A DNA stretch of 64,000 bases from Candidatus Bathyarchaeota archaeon (GTDB lineage Archaea > Thermoproteota > Bathyarchaeia > Bathyarchaeales > Bathycorpusculaceae). Below are positions 1 through 9,308 of this stretch, piece after piece. Both the position numbers and the translations under genes were made by a program. Under the pieces are notes generated by a model, which made no database searches, was not told the DNA's origin, and was given only the letters and a program-made list of their open reading frames with translations. Numbering within the stretch: the first letter of the stretch is position 1; every line of letters begins with the position of its first letter. The DNA lies in the NCBI GenBank assembly GCA_963827165.1, contig CAWGZR010000005.1:1-64000 (forward strand). The letters are read 5' to 3'.

Positions 1-281
1 TCATTGCTTTCTGAAGGGTTGACTTTTTCCGGTTTAATTGCTTCCAATTCCCTCTTCAGTTGCATTATGCGTTTCCGCTGAAAAAGAAGAATAGACATCA
101 CCATTGGCTCAAAGACGACTGGGTTAGTGGCGCAGCTACTTTCTGAAGCGTAACTTCTGCACATATCCATCAGCTCATCAAAAGCTTCTTTGTCAGGCTT
201 TCGTAAGGCTCTAGTGAAGCCGCTCCAACGGTTAATCTCTCCCTCCAGAGCCAGCCTGAAAGATTCAACAGTCTTACCCAT
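1..281 (-). CDS. small helical archaeal protein of the type encoded in PolB2 (dpo2)/RadA-like operons; runs off the left window edge
   Basis: Manual translation from ATG 281: MGKTVESFRLALEGEINRWSGFTRALRKPDKEAFDELMDMCRSYASESSCATNPIVFEPMVMSILL...; GGAGG upstream; not in the ORF track because it is partial. Confidence 0.65.
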   Translation of the reverse strand, partial: MGKTVESFRLALEGEINRWSGFTRALRKPDKEAFDELMDMCRSYASESSCATNPVVFEPMVMSILLFQRKRIMQLKRELEAIKPEKVNPSESN

Positions 282-393
282 GCTTGCTAAGCCTCCAGAC
301 AATCTAATTTCGTTTTCATAGGCGCTCCCTTGGGGGCTCACCTTTTTTGAGTGAAATCGCTTAAAAAGTAAACGTTGAAACGAACTTTTAGAG

Positions 394-418
394 CAGTGGA
401 GGGGGCAGTGAAAGTGAA
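394..418 (+). repeat. 25-bp element, inverted copy at 11288-11312
   Basis: CAGTGGAGGGGGCAGTGAAAGTGAA vs reverse complement CAGTGGAGGGGTGAGTGAAAGTGAA (23/25). Confidence 0.8.
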
Positions 419-572
419 CAATTGCAACTGCCGTCATAACTCGACCAACCTAAAAAAGTTATCAAACAAAAAAAATAAGAATATTAGGTTATTTACCGAC
501 TATGTGAACAAAGCCACAGCATCCAAACTTAGATCGACGGGATTAGGATTATCATAGCCGACAACTGCTACC

Positions 573-1830
573 TCAGTGAAAGATCCGTCCGTATGTGCCT
601 ATCCATATATGAAATTCTCCAGAAGGACAAACGGTTAGTGCACTACCAACTTGAACCCAACTTGAGCCAGTGTAAACATAGGCATACAAAAGACTGTTAT
701 AGCCAGTATCTGAATAGCCGTCAACGTAAAGATTTCCGCCAGAACTTGTAGACAACGCCACCTCTATTTCTTCGCCGCTGCCGGAATTTGGTGTAAATAC
801 CTGGCATTGAGTATCTGGAACCCCTGATAGGCGGAAGGATTTGAAATGGATGCACCCGTACCACCAAATATACCCGATGTAGCTGGATGAGTACGTTTCA
901 GGAACCATGGCCCAATAGTAAACAGAGCTGACAATAGCAACATTGCTGCCAACACCTTGATCTATTGTTTCATGGTTGTTTATGTTTTGACTCGGCGCAT
1001 AGTAGTAAGTGCTTTCTGCAGTTCCCAATGTGGTCGAAAAGGTTGGAACATTTGTCAGAGTTGCATAAGTGGTGTCTCCTTCAACTGCGTCGTGGAGAAA
1101 AGCACCCATTTGGCCAGTAGAGGATAGAAACGCCTGGAACGAGAGTTGGGTACGTCCAAGGAGTAGAGTTAAGGGTGGTGTCTTGAATGTTAAAAATCAC
1201 AGTGTTGCTGCCACTTGTCGTAAATGAAAAGCTATATGAATGCCCAATTATGTAAGAAATTCCTACGGTAGTTTGTGTTGGATCATTAATGTTCCCATTA
1301 GGAAAAGAGTAGAGGTACCAATTGATTGCACCGTTAGCACCAAACTGGACTGCGAACTGGAACCATACGAAACTGCTAGGTGATGTGCCATAGGCTACGT
1401 TAAGTGGCAAGTAAAAAACAACGTCGTTGCCTACAAGATTTCCGATTGTATTTGATACTGCAGTAAATGCTCCACTCATAGATGCGGGCATGTCTTGACC
1501 GTTCGGATTTGACCAAAGATCTAGTGCGAGCCAAGGAGTGTACGTAGTCAAGGGATTGACGCTACCGTTATCATTTGCATTAGGCAAAGGAGTTGCGTTC
1601 CAATCGTTGGGGTTAGGAATTGTGCTGTTAGGTGAATTTATACTGTTAGGTGGTGTTACTCCACTGGAGGGCGAAGCAATTACCGGGATTTCAGATGTAT
1701 TTATTGTGGGCCAAGTAAGGGGACTTGTTGAATTAGTTGAGCCCTGTGACGCATGTGCGTTCGGTGCGATAATACACAACAATGTAATTGCGATGCATAC
1801 AACGATTATTCTTACTAATGTTTTTTTCAT
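573..1830 (-). pseudogene. secreted beta-rich protein (thermopsin/G1 glutamic-peptidase-like), split by a frameshift near 1089-1092; paralog of 35878..37227
   Basis: ORFs 1081..1860 and 573..1109 align end to end with the intact 449-aa paralog (SPASCVEG vs SP-/-AVEG; GHSYSFSFTTSGS identical); signal peptide from MKKTLVRII at 1830. Confidence 0.75.
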
Positions 1831-2019
1831 TCTTTTTTCCTCTTCCCTTCTGCTGTGCAACCGATTTACTTAATGCTACATTTCCGAACGATTGTACTAA
1901 AGGTTTAGAACAAAAAATCATTCATTTAGCGCTCAGAAAAATGAATTAAATATTAGAAACTTGGTTGAGTTACCACTGAAAAATAGTTTTTAAGCAGGTA
2001 TAGTGCACATAGTTTTTTG

Positions 2020-2454
2020 TTAAAGTGCGCCTTTGATCCATATCTTGGCTGTTTCGTAACAAAAAATGTACGCAAGCACAGCTGTTGCAATAGTGAAGAA
2101 AAAATAGTCACGCGTGAGATTAGGCGGTCTGAGAATAGTAAGTTCAACTATTAGGAATGCAACAGCGAGTATGGAGTAGAACAGGTATTTTGGAATTAGG
2201 AAACCGCTGATTCTTATGCTATTCTCTAAAAGTATTTTGTTAATTGCATAATTGCTTCCTTCTCGTCTTACTAGACAGGCGTCTTCCAGCTTAGATAAGT
2301 GGTAGACGGCTATTGAGGGGCTACTTAGGTTGAGGGCTCTTTGAACTTCTCTTACTCCAACAGGCTTACCGATTTTAAGCATAAAGCGGTAAATCTCAAG
2401 GGTTGTTCCATGTAGACTGTCGGTTGATTCTTCACCTCTCAACCTAATGCACAT
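2020..2454 (-). CDS. membrane-anchored winged-helix regulator (wHTH + 2 TM)
   Basis: VGVREVQRALNLSSPSIAVYHLSKLE HTH followed by two hydrophobic helices; paralog of 48007..48447. Confidence 0.85.
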   Translation of the reverse strand: MCIRLRGEESTDSLHGTTLEIYRFMLKIGKPVGVREVQRALNLSSPSIAVYHLSKLEDACLVRREGSNYAINKILLENSIRISGFLIPKYLFYSILAVAFLIVELTILRPPNLTRDYFFFTIATAVLAYIFCYETAKIWIKGAL

Positions 2455-2512
2455 CCATGCAATAAAATAATTCTCGCATTATAACCTAAAGGTCTTTTCC
2501 TAAAATTATTAA

Positions 2513-2531
2513 TGTTCTAACGTGTAGAACA
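2513..2531. promoter_or_regulatory. palindromic operator GTTCTA-N5-TAGAAC
   Basis: TGTTCTAACGTGTAGAACA between divergent genes; related copies at 1894, 3045 and 3065. Confidence 0.6.
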
Positions 2532-2602
2532 AAGATGCTGAAATATAGTATTAAATAGTTCTAAATAGTTAAAAGTTCTAAAGCTTCAGAGCATGTTCAA
2601 TA

Positions 2603-2884
2603 ATGTATGTCAAGCCAAAAATGAAATTATTTATAGCAGTAATCTTTGCAGTATTGGTCTCTCTTGCAATTGTTGGAGTAGCCTATTATCTGATTCCAGC
2701 TCAGCAACCTGTTTCAAGCTCGCCTTCTCCAGTGCTGCCAGGTCCATATTCGACTCAGCAACCTTTTCTTTCAAGCCAAAATTATGTGTGGCTTCTTGCC
2801 ATAGGTTTTATCGTTGCCGTTGGAGTTACTGCTTTAACGCTGTTGTTTTTAAAAAGGCGCAGACTAAGGAAGTCAAATTGCTAA
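2603..2884 (+). CDS. small two-TM membrane protein with Pro/Ser-rich loop
   Basis: Two hydrophobic helices and basic C-terminal tail KRRRLRK. Confidence 0.7.
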   Translation: MYVKPKMKLFIAVIFAVLVSLAIVGVAYYLIPAQQPVSSSPSPVLPGPYSTQQPFLSSQNYVWLLAIGFIVAVGVTALTLLFLKRRRLRKSNC

Positions 2885-3222
2885 CTGCCAAATTGGCATG
2901 TTAAGTTACAGATAATTAACAAAGTACCACTTGCTCTATTTATTAGAACGATTATCAAATAACAAGATTTTTTGAGATTATTTCGTTTCTAAGCGACACG
3001 GTCTTTTGATTATTCTCTCAAGACCAAATGCCATTAAATTTTTTGTTCTAAATTTTAGACAGTTGTTCTGAAGTGTAGAAATAACTACCACGTGACTATA
3101 AGTAAGACTTGAGTGTGAGGATATGAAAAAGGCTGACTTAGTCAGGACAACTCGTCATTCTGTTCTCGCAACTACCAAGTGCCAGGATAGCTTGAATTTT
3201 TTCAAAGTACACTCGGTGAGGG

Positions 3223-3543
3223 GTGGGTATGAGCAAGCCTGAAAAAGGCAGTTATGAAACTGCGGTTTTAGTCCTGCTGAGCGTCTCTAGAGGCGCCAAG
3301 TCAAGAAAAAAGATTTTGGTTACATTGCTATCCGAGCCTAAGAATTGTAGCCAAATAGCAAGAGAAGTAGGCTTGGATTGGTGGACTGTTCAAAAACACC
3401 TCCGCAGTCTAATGAAAGAAAATATAATTAAAAGTTCACCTTTCGGAAACTCAAAATTCTACAAACTTAGTTCGATAGGCGAAGAGGCTATAACGGTACT
3501 CCAAACAAGCAATGACCTCAAATTCAAAGGTGATCATTCGTGA
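3223..3543 (+). CDS. ArsR-like wHTH regulator
   Basis: SRKKILVTLLSEPKNCSQIAREVGLDWWTVQKHLRSL...FYKLS. Confidence 0.85.
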   Translation: MGMSKPEKGSYETAVLVLLSVSRGAKSRKKILVTLLSEPKNCSQIAREVGLDWWTVQKHLRSLMKENIIKSSPFGNSKFYKLSSIGEEAITVLQTSNDLKFKGDHS

Positions 3544-4260
3544 ACCAGACTCTAGCAAGTTCTATAAAGGCTAACTTTTACAGTAGTAAGCAAACTAGAG
3601 AGGGAAGAGTAGAAATCCTGACGAATAGATCGCTTATAAGAGATTGCAATCTGAAATACGCTGTTTCGAAAGAAAAGAATTTAAGAAAAGGATGTTGAGA
3701 CAGTTAAAGGTCTGTTTAGTTCCTTTTCTTGTCCATTATATGAATAAAGTGATATTTATTCCTCTATACGCTGTATCAGAATTTCTTCCGTGCTTATGGT
3801 GGATGTTATGGTGTTAGCCTATGAATTTTCGGGCGCTTTGTTGTGTATCAGTTCCATATTGTGTCAAGTAGGATTCGATTAATCGACAAGTATTTTGTTA
3901 CATATAAGTGGTTTCACTCGGTCGTAGAGTGTAGTTGCCGCTAATGCAAAATAGCTGCTTTGTAAGTAGGTTGATTCATAGTGATCGTCAAGTTATCAGT
4001 CGATATGTCAATTTTGAATGTTTTATAAGTGCCTAATCGCATTGTCAGTTCTTGAATTCCACTGAATTTGAGTATTATTTCGCCTGTAAATCCCAGTTTG
4101 AGTTCGATGTATTTACAGGCATTCGCCACACATCACCAATATTTACCTGATTTTTCCAAATACACTGCCAACATTTGATTATTACTGACGTTGTAAAATG
4201 GCTGGCCCTCCTAACGCCAGGAAGATTGTAATAGTTAGTTTTTGCTTACATTGAGGATTA

Positions 4261-4863
4261 TCAATAGGCAGGAATTGTTATTTGGCCGCTAAAGTTAATA
4301 GTTGCTTGATTCAAAGGGACTACCCCTAGAAGAGTTGTTTCATAAACCCTGAAAGTGAAAGCAAAATCAACGTTATATACCCCTGAACTTACCTGGTAAC
4401 CTAGAGTAACAAAGGTGTAATTGTTAAACGGTGAAGTATACGAATTCCGACCTGGGCCACCTGTCGTGAAGAACGGACTCTCTTCATGAACAGCGTCGTA
4501 GTCGGGAGTTGCCGAAAGATTAACTTTTTCTGGAACTATATTTAGATTTATGATTCCAAAACTCGTGTTTTGCGCGATTTTGAAAATGTATATCCAGGAA
4601 ACCCCCTCGCCTGATGCTGATGTGCGGTTAGTTAATTGAAAGAGAATCAACCACTTTGCACCGTTGCTGGAAAAAGTGAATGATCCATTGAACCAAGCCC
4701 CACCCGGAAGATTCAAAGCATCTTTAGGGTTCACAATGTTCAAATTATCTATTTTGATATAAGAAAACGCATATATTTCAACTGAAACAATTATCAAAAA
4801 CATAATTAAAAAAATAGCAAAGAACTTTTTATGGCGCAAGCAGTCATTCCCTCTCAATATCAT
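4261..4863 (-). CDS. membrane-anchored exported protein, possible partner/immunity protein of 5000..7213
   Basis: N-terminal TM helix, beta-rich body, directly downstream of the 737-aa secreted protein. Confidence 0.65.
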   Translation of the reverse strand: MILRGNDCLRHKKFFAIFLIMFLIIVSVEIYAFSYIKIDNLNIVNPKDALNLPGGAWFNGSFTFSSNGAKWLILFQLTNRTSASGEGVSWIYIFKIAQNTSFGIINLNIVPEKVNLSATPDYDAVHEESPFFTTGGPGRNSYTSPFNNYTFVTLGYQVSSGVYNVDFAFTFRVYETTLLGVVPLNQATINFSGQITIPAY

Positions 4864-4999
4864 GGCTTTCTTTATTATACTTTACGAGGTAGTTTTTTTA
4901 GCTTTTTCATTGATTGTTTATTTAGTATATATGATGACCATATTGTTCTGCGATGTGCTAACTTTAAGTTAATACAAAGAAAAAAAGGTGTACGTCTCT

Positions 5000-7213
5000 T
5001 TAAGAGACGTAGTATTGGAAGCTATTGTTTACGGTTTGTTGCGTTAGCCAAACTCCGTATAATGGACAGTAAAAGTCAATGGTTGCTGAAATCTTGATAG
5101 TATACAAGGTTGCTGCACCGGCTAGGTCAGGGGTACTTTTCATAAGCATGGTGAAGGGTGCATAACTTTGGTTAGGATTTCCGTATGATTGATAAGCGCC
5201 ATTGTTATTTAACCCCGTAGTAGGATTACCTGAATTCGTTGACATGTATTGTAATAAAGCTGCACCTGCACCTAATCCAGCACTTGCTACAGGACAAAAT
5301 ATTCCTGCGAGCAATGCGGATAGGCTCATGAGCTCTGCACCCTCGTTTAGAGCTATGGCCTGTGACCACACATAGACTCCTCCGGAAGTGCCCGCCATAT
5401 TTGTAGGATTACCTGTGAAAACATCTCCTAAGCATGTAGAGCCGTCCCAAATAGATACTTGTGTTTCTAAACTTGCAACCTCGAATGGATAGCTTTGTGA
5501 TGGTGAAGTAACAACAGAGATACCTGTGGCAAAAACTGGGTCCCATGGTCCATTATTCATACTGCATCCTGTCGGATCGGTTTCGGTTGAATAAGTTCCA
5601 GCGAAGTAATTGTCGTTATTGATCGTGTAATATAAGCTACCTGAGTCTATGCAACCAGGATGAACCGAATTTGTGTCCGTCCAATACTCCGATGTATCGG
5701 GTGCTACGCAAGGTCTGTCTATCGTGGTTATACATCCCTGTACGCCCCAGTTGCCAGAAGAATAGATTTCAAGGCCTATACCAACGTTTGGATCGCCTAC
5801 GCAATAGCCGGTTATATCACATGATTCCCAATACTCGGTACCAGAGTTACCGCTGGGAAGATTCCATTGGTCTACTAGAGAATATTCATTATCATAAGGA
5901 CCGTATTGTACGTAGAGGTATAAAGTAGCAGATTGGCCGTTGGGTGATATAGCGCCAATATTGACTACGTCACCGCCGCTTTGATAAACGAGACCGTTTG
6001 GAAGTGTTGTAGGGAAGTAAACTATGTTGCTGGAGTCGGCTGGCATGGAATAGTATTGAGCCCAGTATTCCTGTGCATTTATATTGTACATGGAGGAACC
6101 AGCGGTATAGACTACATAAATCGAGAGGCTAACTTCCCAGAAGCCATAGCCCTGAAGCGTGTAAAGTTGAGCCTGCGCAGTGTTGGTTAAATATTGACCC
6201 TCAGATATATCTTCCCATGAATTGAAGTTACCTGAAATGTTCACTTCTACGGTGCTATTATAGTAAATTGCTCCAGAATCGTAGACTTGTTGGTTGTCGA
6301 CATCGACAGTTAGAATTCGCTCATACGGATCACCACAGTTTGCCCATTGTGCTACAAGTATAACTGAGCTATACGCACCTGACGCAGGTAAAAAGAATGG
6401 ATTCGTACTCTGCCAGTTGTTTTGAGTATTTTTGAATTGTTGGCTAATTATATTTTGAAGGCTATATACTGATTCTGCTGTTTCAGGAGAAGCCATTGAA
6501 GAGGAGATTTCCTCGGCAATCTGTGGCGCTGAGCAGCTAAGTACAGCAAAGTTAGTGGTCGAGCCGGTTGCGACGGTTGCACCCGTTGTGGCTGGTGTTT
6601 GATTTGGCTGAGTTTGATTGAGAGGAGGGGCTACTGACGCAGAAGTGTCTGGGTTGTAATCTGGAGGTATACATGATCCTGTCGGTTCGTAGTAAACAAA
6701 TATTGTTGGTGAGTAACCTGAGCCATCAGTCAGTTGTATTGCTTCACGATCGAAAAGTCTTAGGGCAAGTGCCATTGTCCACCATTGACTAGAAGAAGCG
6801 TTTACGCCGTTTATAGCTGGAACTGCAACTGAAAAGACGTCGCTTGAGGTAATATTCTTCGGAGTGGTCGTTATAGTGGAAGTAACATACGTCTGATTAG
6901 AATCTAGATCTGCATAGGTGCATAGTTTTTGGGCGCTTGCTTGGTTAGTGAAAGGTAACTCATACCAACTACTCCCGTTCCATAAAGCAAACCTAATGTT
7001 AGTTTCAGGTGTTCCTAAAACTGCATTCAGATCAGTTGCGGGTATTATAGCGGTTCCTTGTTCAACTGTTTGACCAAGAGCAAAAAGTGTACAGGGTATC
7101 ATTAGTCCGCTTAGCAACATCAAAGCCATTAAAACTAAACTTAATTCAATTTTTTTAATTTTTTTCACTTCTTTCACCTTAGACTTGTCTTTTTTGCGAG
7201 AATTTGATATCAT
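5000..7213 (-). CDS. large secreted protein with a late Gly/Ala-rich hydrophobic hairpin
   Basis: Signal peptide; S/T/N/Y-rich; segment LMSLSALLAGIFCPVASAGLGAGAALLQYM near the C-terminus. Confidence 0.8.
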   Translation of the reverse strand: MISNSRKKDKSKVKEVKKIKKIELSLVLMALMLLSGLMIPCTLFALGQTVEQGTAIIPATDLNAVLGTPETNIRFALWNGSSWYELPFTNQASAQKLCTYADLDSNQTYVTSTITTTPKNITSSDVFSVAVPAINGVNASSSQWWTMALALRLFDREAIQLTDGSGYSPTIFVYYEPTGSCIPPDYNPDTSASVAPPLNQTQPNQTPATTGATVATGSTTNFAVLSCSAPQIAEEISSSMASPETAESVYSLQNIISQQFKNTQNNWQSTNPFFLPASGAYSSVILVAQWANCGDPYERILTVDVDNQQVYDSGAIYYNSTVEVNISGNFNSWEDISEGQYLTNTAQAQLYTLQGYGFWEVSLSIYVVYTAGSSMYNINAQEYWAQYYSMPADSSNIVYFPTTLPNGLVYQSGGDVVNIGAISPNGQSATLYLYVQYGPYDNEYSLVDQWNLPSGNSGTEYWESCDITGYCVGDPNVGIGLEIYSSGNWGVQGCITTIDRPCVAPDTSEYWTDTNSVHPGCIDSGSLYYTINNDNYFAGTYSTETDPTGCSMNNGPWDPVFATGISVVTSPSQSYPFEVASLETQVSIWDGSTCLGDVFTGNPTNMAGTSGGVYVWSQAIALNEGAELMSLSALLAGIFCPVASAGLGAGAALLQYMSTNSGNPTTGLNNNGAYQSYGNPNQSYAPFTMLMKSTPDLAGAATLYTIKISATIDFYCPLYGVWLTQQTVNNSFQYYVS

Positions 7214-7590
7214 CGCGCTCTCACTGCGCTCCTACTTAACGGTAAATTTGTAATCGTTAAAGAGCGTTTTCACGATTCGGACTCGATTCGGGTACGAATC
7301 GTACCTCAATCAACATTGCGCTACTAGACGTGGTGTAAATCCGACCAAACACTCTACAATGTAAGCGATGGAATAACTCACGTTTATACCCAAAAGGGTA
7401 GTTTAAACCGATTACGCCCTAGCGAAATACGTATTTATGTTTGAACAGACAAGTAATCACGTGAGGCTTGAGCACAAAGACCAAAGAAAGCTCTCGCTAA
7501 TTCTCAATAAAATTGCCGAAAAGTCTACAATATTATTTTAGCGCAAATAAAAAATAATCTAAAAAAAAGAAAGAAGAATTGAAGAAAATT

Positions 7591-7845
7591 CTAAGTTGCA
7601 GTTTTTGCTTCTTGTGCTGCTTGTGGTGCATTCTGCTTGACAGCGTTGATGCCGTTAACAATGTCTGTTACTGCGTCGGTAAGGCTGCCGTTTATGAGTT
7701 CTTCGCTGCCTTTAACAATAGAGATAACGCCAACAACGGTTAATCCGATGCCTGATTAGACTATGCCAGATGCAACAGAAGCAGTAATTCCCAAGATTGT
7801 AACGATTACGCCGAGAACAGCTATAATTTTATTTGTAGTTTTCAT
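7591..7845 (-). pseudogene. small two-TM (holin-like) protein with internal TAA, copy 1
   Basis: MKTTNKIIAVLGVIVTILGITASVASGIV*SGIGLTVVGVISIVKGSEELING...AAQEAKTAT*; AAGGTGA SD; copy 2 has TAC at the stop position. Confidence 0.7.
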
Positions 7846-8005
7846 TCTCAATTTCACCTTCCATTAAAAAGGATGAAAATGGATTTTATGCAGTGGAACC
7901 AGGTGGCAGCGCTTGTCCACCTATAAACTGAGCGCATAACCGCTAGTTTGCTTTTAGTCCAGAGTATGCCATCTTCCGAATTAACCCTTTGTTTTAAACT
8001 ATCAA

Positions 8006-8064
8006 GTTACCATAACTCTACAGTTCCATGTTATAGTAACTACACCGTTTGTTGTTACAGTAAC
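8006..8064. promoter_or_regulatory. three GTTAY-N-RTAAC palindromes at 24-bp periodicity
   Basis: GTTACCATAAC 8006, GTTATAGTAAC 8030, GTTACAGTAAC 8054. Confidence 0.7.
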
Positions 8065-8129
8065 CGTTCGTCTTCGATAATTCTCACTTCCGATGAAATG
8101 GGTCTAATACTCAAAGAGGAGGTGAAAAA

Positions 8130-8912
8130 TTGAATAAAAAACTCAAATTAATCGCATTGACTATCGCGGCAATAATGGTCATTACTCCAATGCTGACATT
8201 ATCAAGTGTAAAAGCGGCAAGCTGGCAAACAGTAAGCAATGACCCTTACTTATGCAACGCCAATGCTTGGAGTAGCTTATTTGAAACTTACCCATCAGAA
8301 GGCAGCTATAGCGGCAGTGCTCCATCAAACTCCTATGCATCTACAACTTTGGACATGAGAAGTTTGTCAAATAGCTACTGGAATAACGCCGAATTTATCC
8401 AAGGATACAAGCCCATATGGGGAGACAATCCGAACGGTGAACCCTTCAACCCGGTACTGTTGAACCAACAGATGCAAGTAATCGTTCAGGCAGGACTAAT
8501 TAATCCAGTGGTCTGTAATAACTGGGCACATGCATACATCGACTTATGGTGCGAGTTCGAAACAGGTGTGGGAAGTCTCAAATACAACAACATGGAAATC
8601 CAAATCTTCCTAGGTGAATGGGGAAGCGGCCAGATTAGCAATGACGGCATTGTTGCCACAACTAACACCGATGGTGCTGGAAATTACTGGTACTGGGTAC
8701 AATATCGAGTTCATCAAGATATAATGTGGCAACAATCCAACTATTACACGATCGGTTTGAACAATATAATCTCCACAATAGCAGCTAAGTACGACATCAG
8801 TTCAAGTAACCTCGCTAGCGGAGCAGTCGTTGGCTTGACATTTGGGGTAGAAGCATCCAATGCTTACATATCGACATCTTTCAACTACATGTACCTACAA
8901 GCATACGAGTAA
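8130..8912 (+). CDS. secreted protein, GH12/ConA-like jelly-roll candidate
   Basis: Signal peptide; AYIDLW, NMEIQIFL and LTFGVEA resemble the GH12 YDIW / ELMIW / GFE motifs. Confidence 0.6.
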   Translation: MNKKLKLIALTIAAIMVITPMLTLSSVKAASWQTVSNDPYLCNANAWSSLFETYPSEGSYSGSAPSNSYASTTLDMRSLSNSYWNNAEFIQGYKPIWGDNPNGEPFNPVLLNQQMQVIVQAGLINPVVCNNWAHAYIDLWCEFETGVGSLKYNNMEIQIFLGEWGSGQISNDGIVATTNTDGAGNYWYWVQYRVHQDIMWQQSNYYTIGLNNIISTIAAKYDISSSNLASGAVVGLTFGVEASNAYISTSFNYMYLQAYE

Positions 8913-9308
8913 ACCTTTATGAACCAAAATTTCTCTCCCTCTTTTTTACAATGATTTGACAACCCTTGTTTTACTGACGTAAAGATGCTTTCCTTTAATG
9001 AGTTAGCATTTGGCAATTCACATATCTCAGCAACTTGGAATAGTGAAAATAAGCCTCTTAGTCAACCCAAACGTTTGCGCCACTATCTTTATCCTTTGGT
9101 TTTGGGTTATTTTTCTAACTCTTCTGCATAGCAAAAATACTTTTCCTTATAACATTTATTTAGGTACCGTTAAGTAAATTTTAGGTATGCTCTCTATTCA
9201 TGAGAAGCGATTCCTAACCAAGATATTGGTCCCCAGCTTTCTAAAACTTATACCACTGATTTTCTTATAGAACAAGGCAACGCTAAATAATCAAAAGCAA
9301 TAAAGATA

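Noticed and set aside
3550-4250. Possible PIN toxin remnant (RILLDT, ITSTISTEEIL fragments on the minus strand)
   Set aside because: Fragments are short, interrupted by stops, and too weak to support
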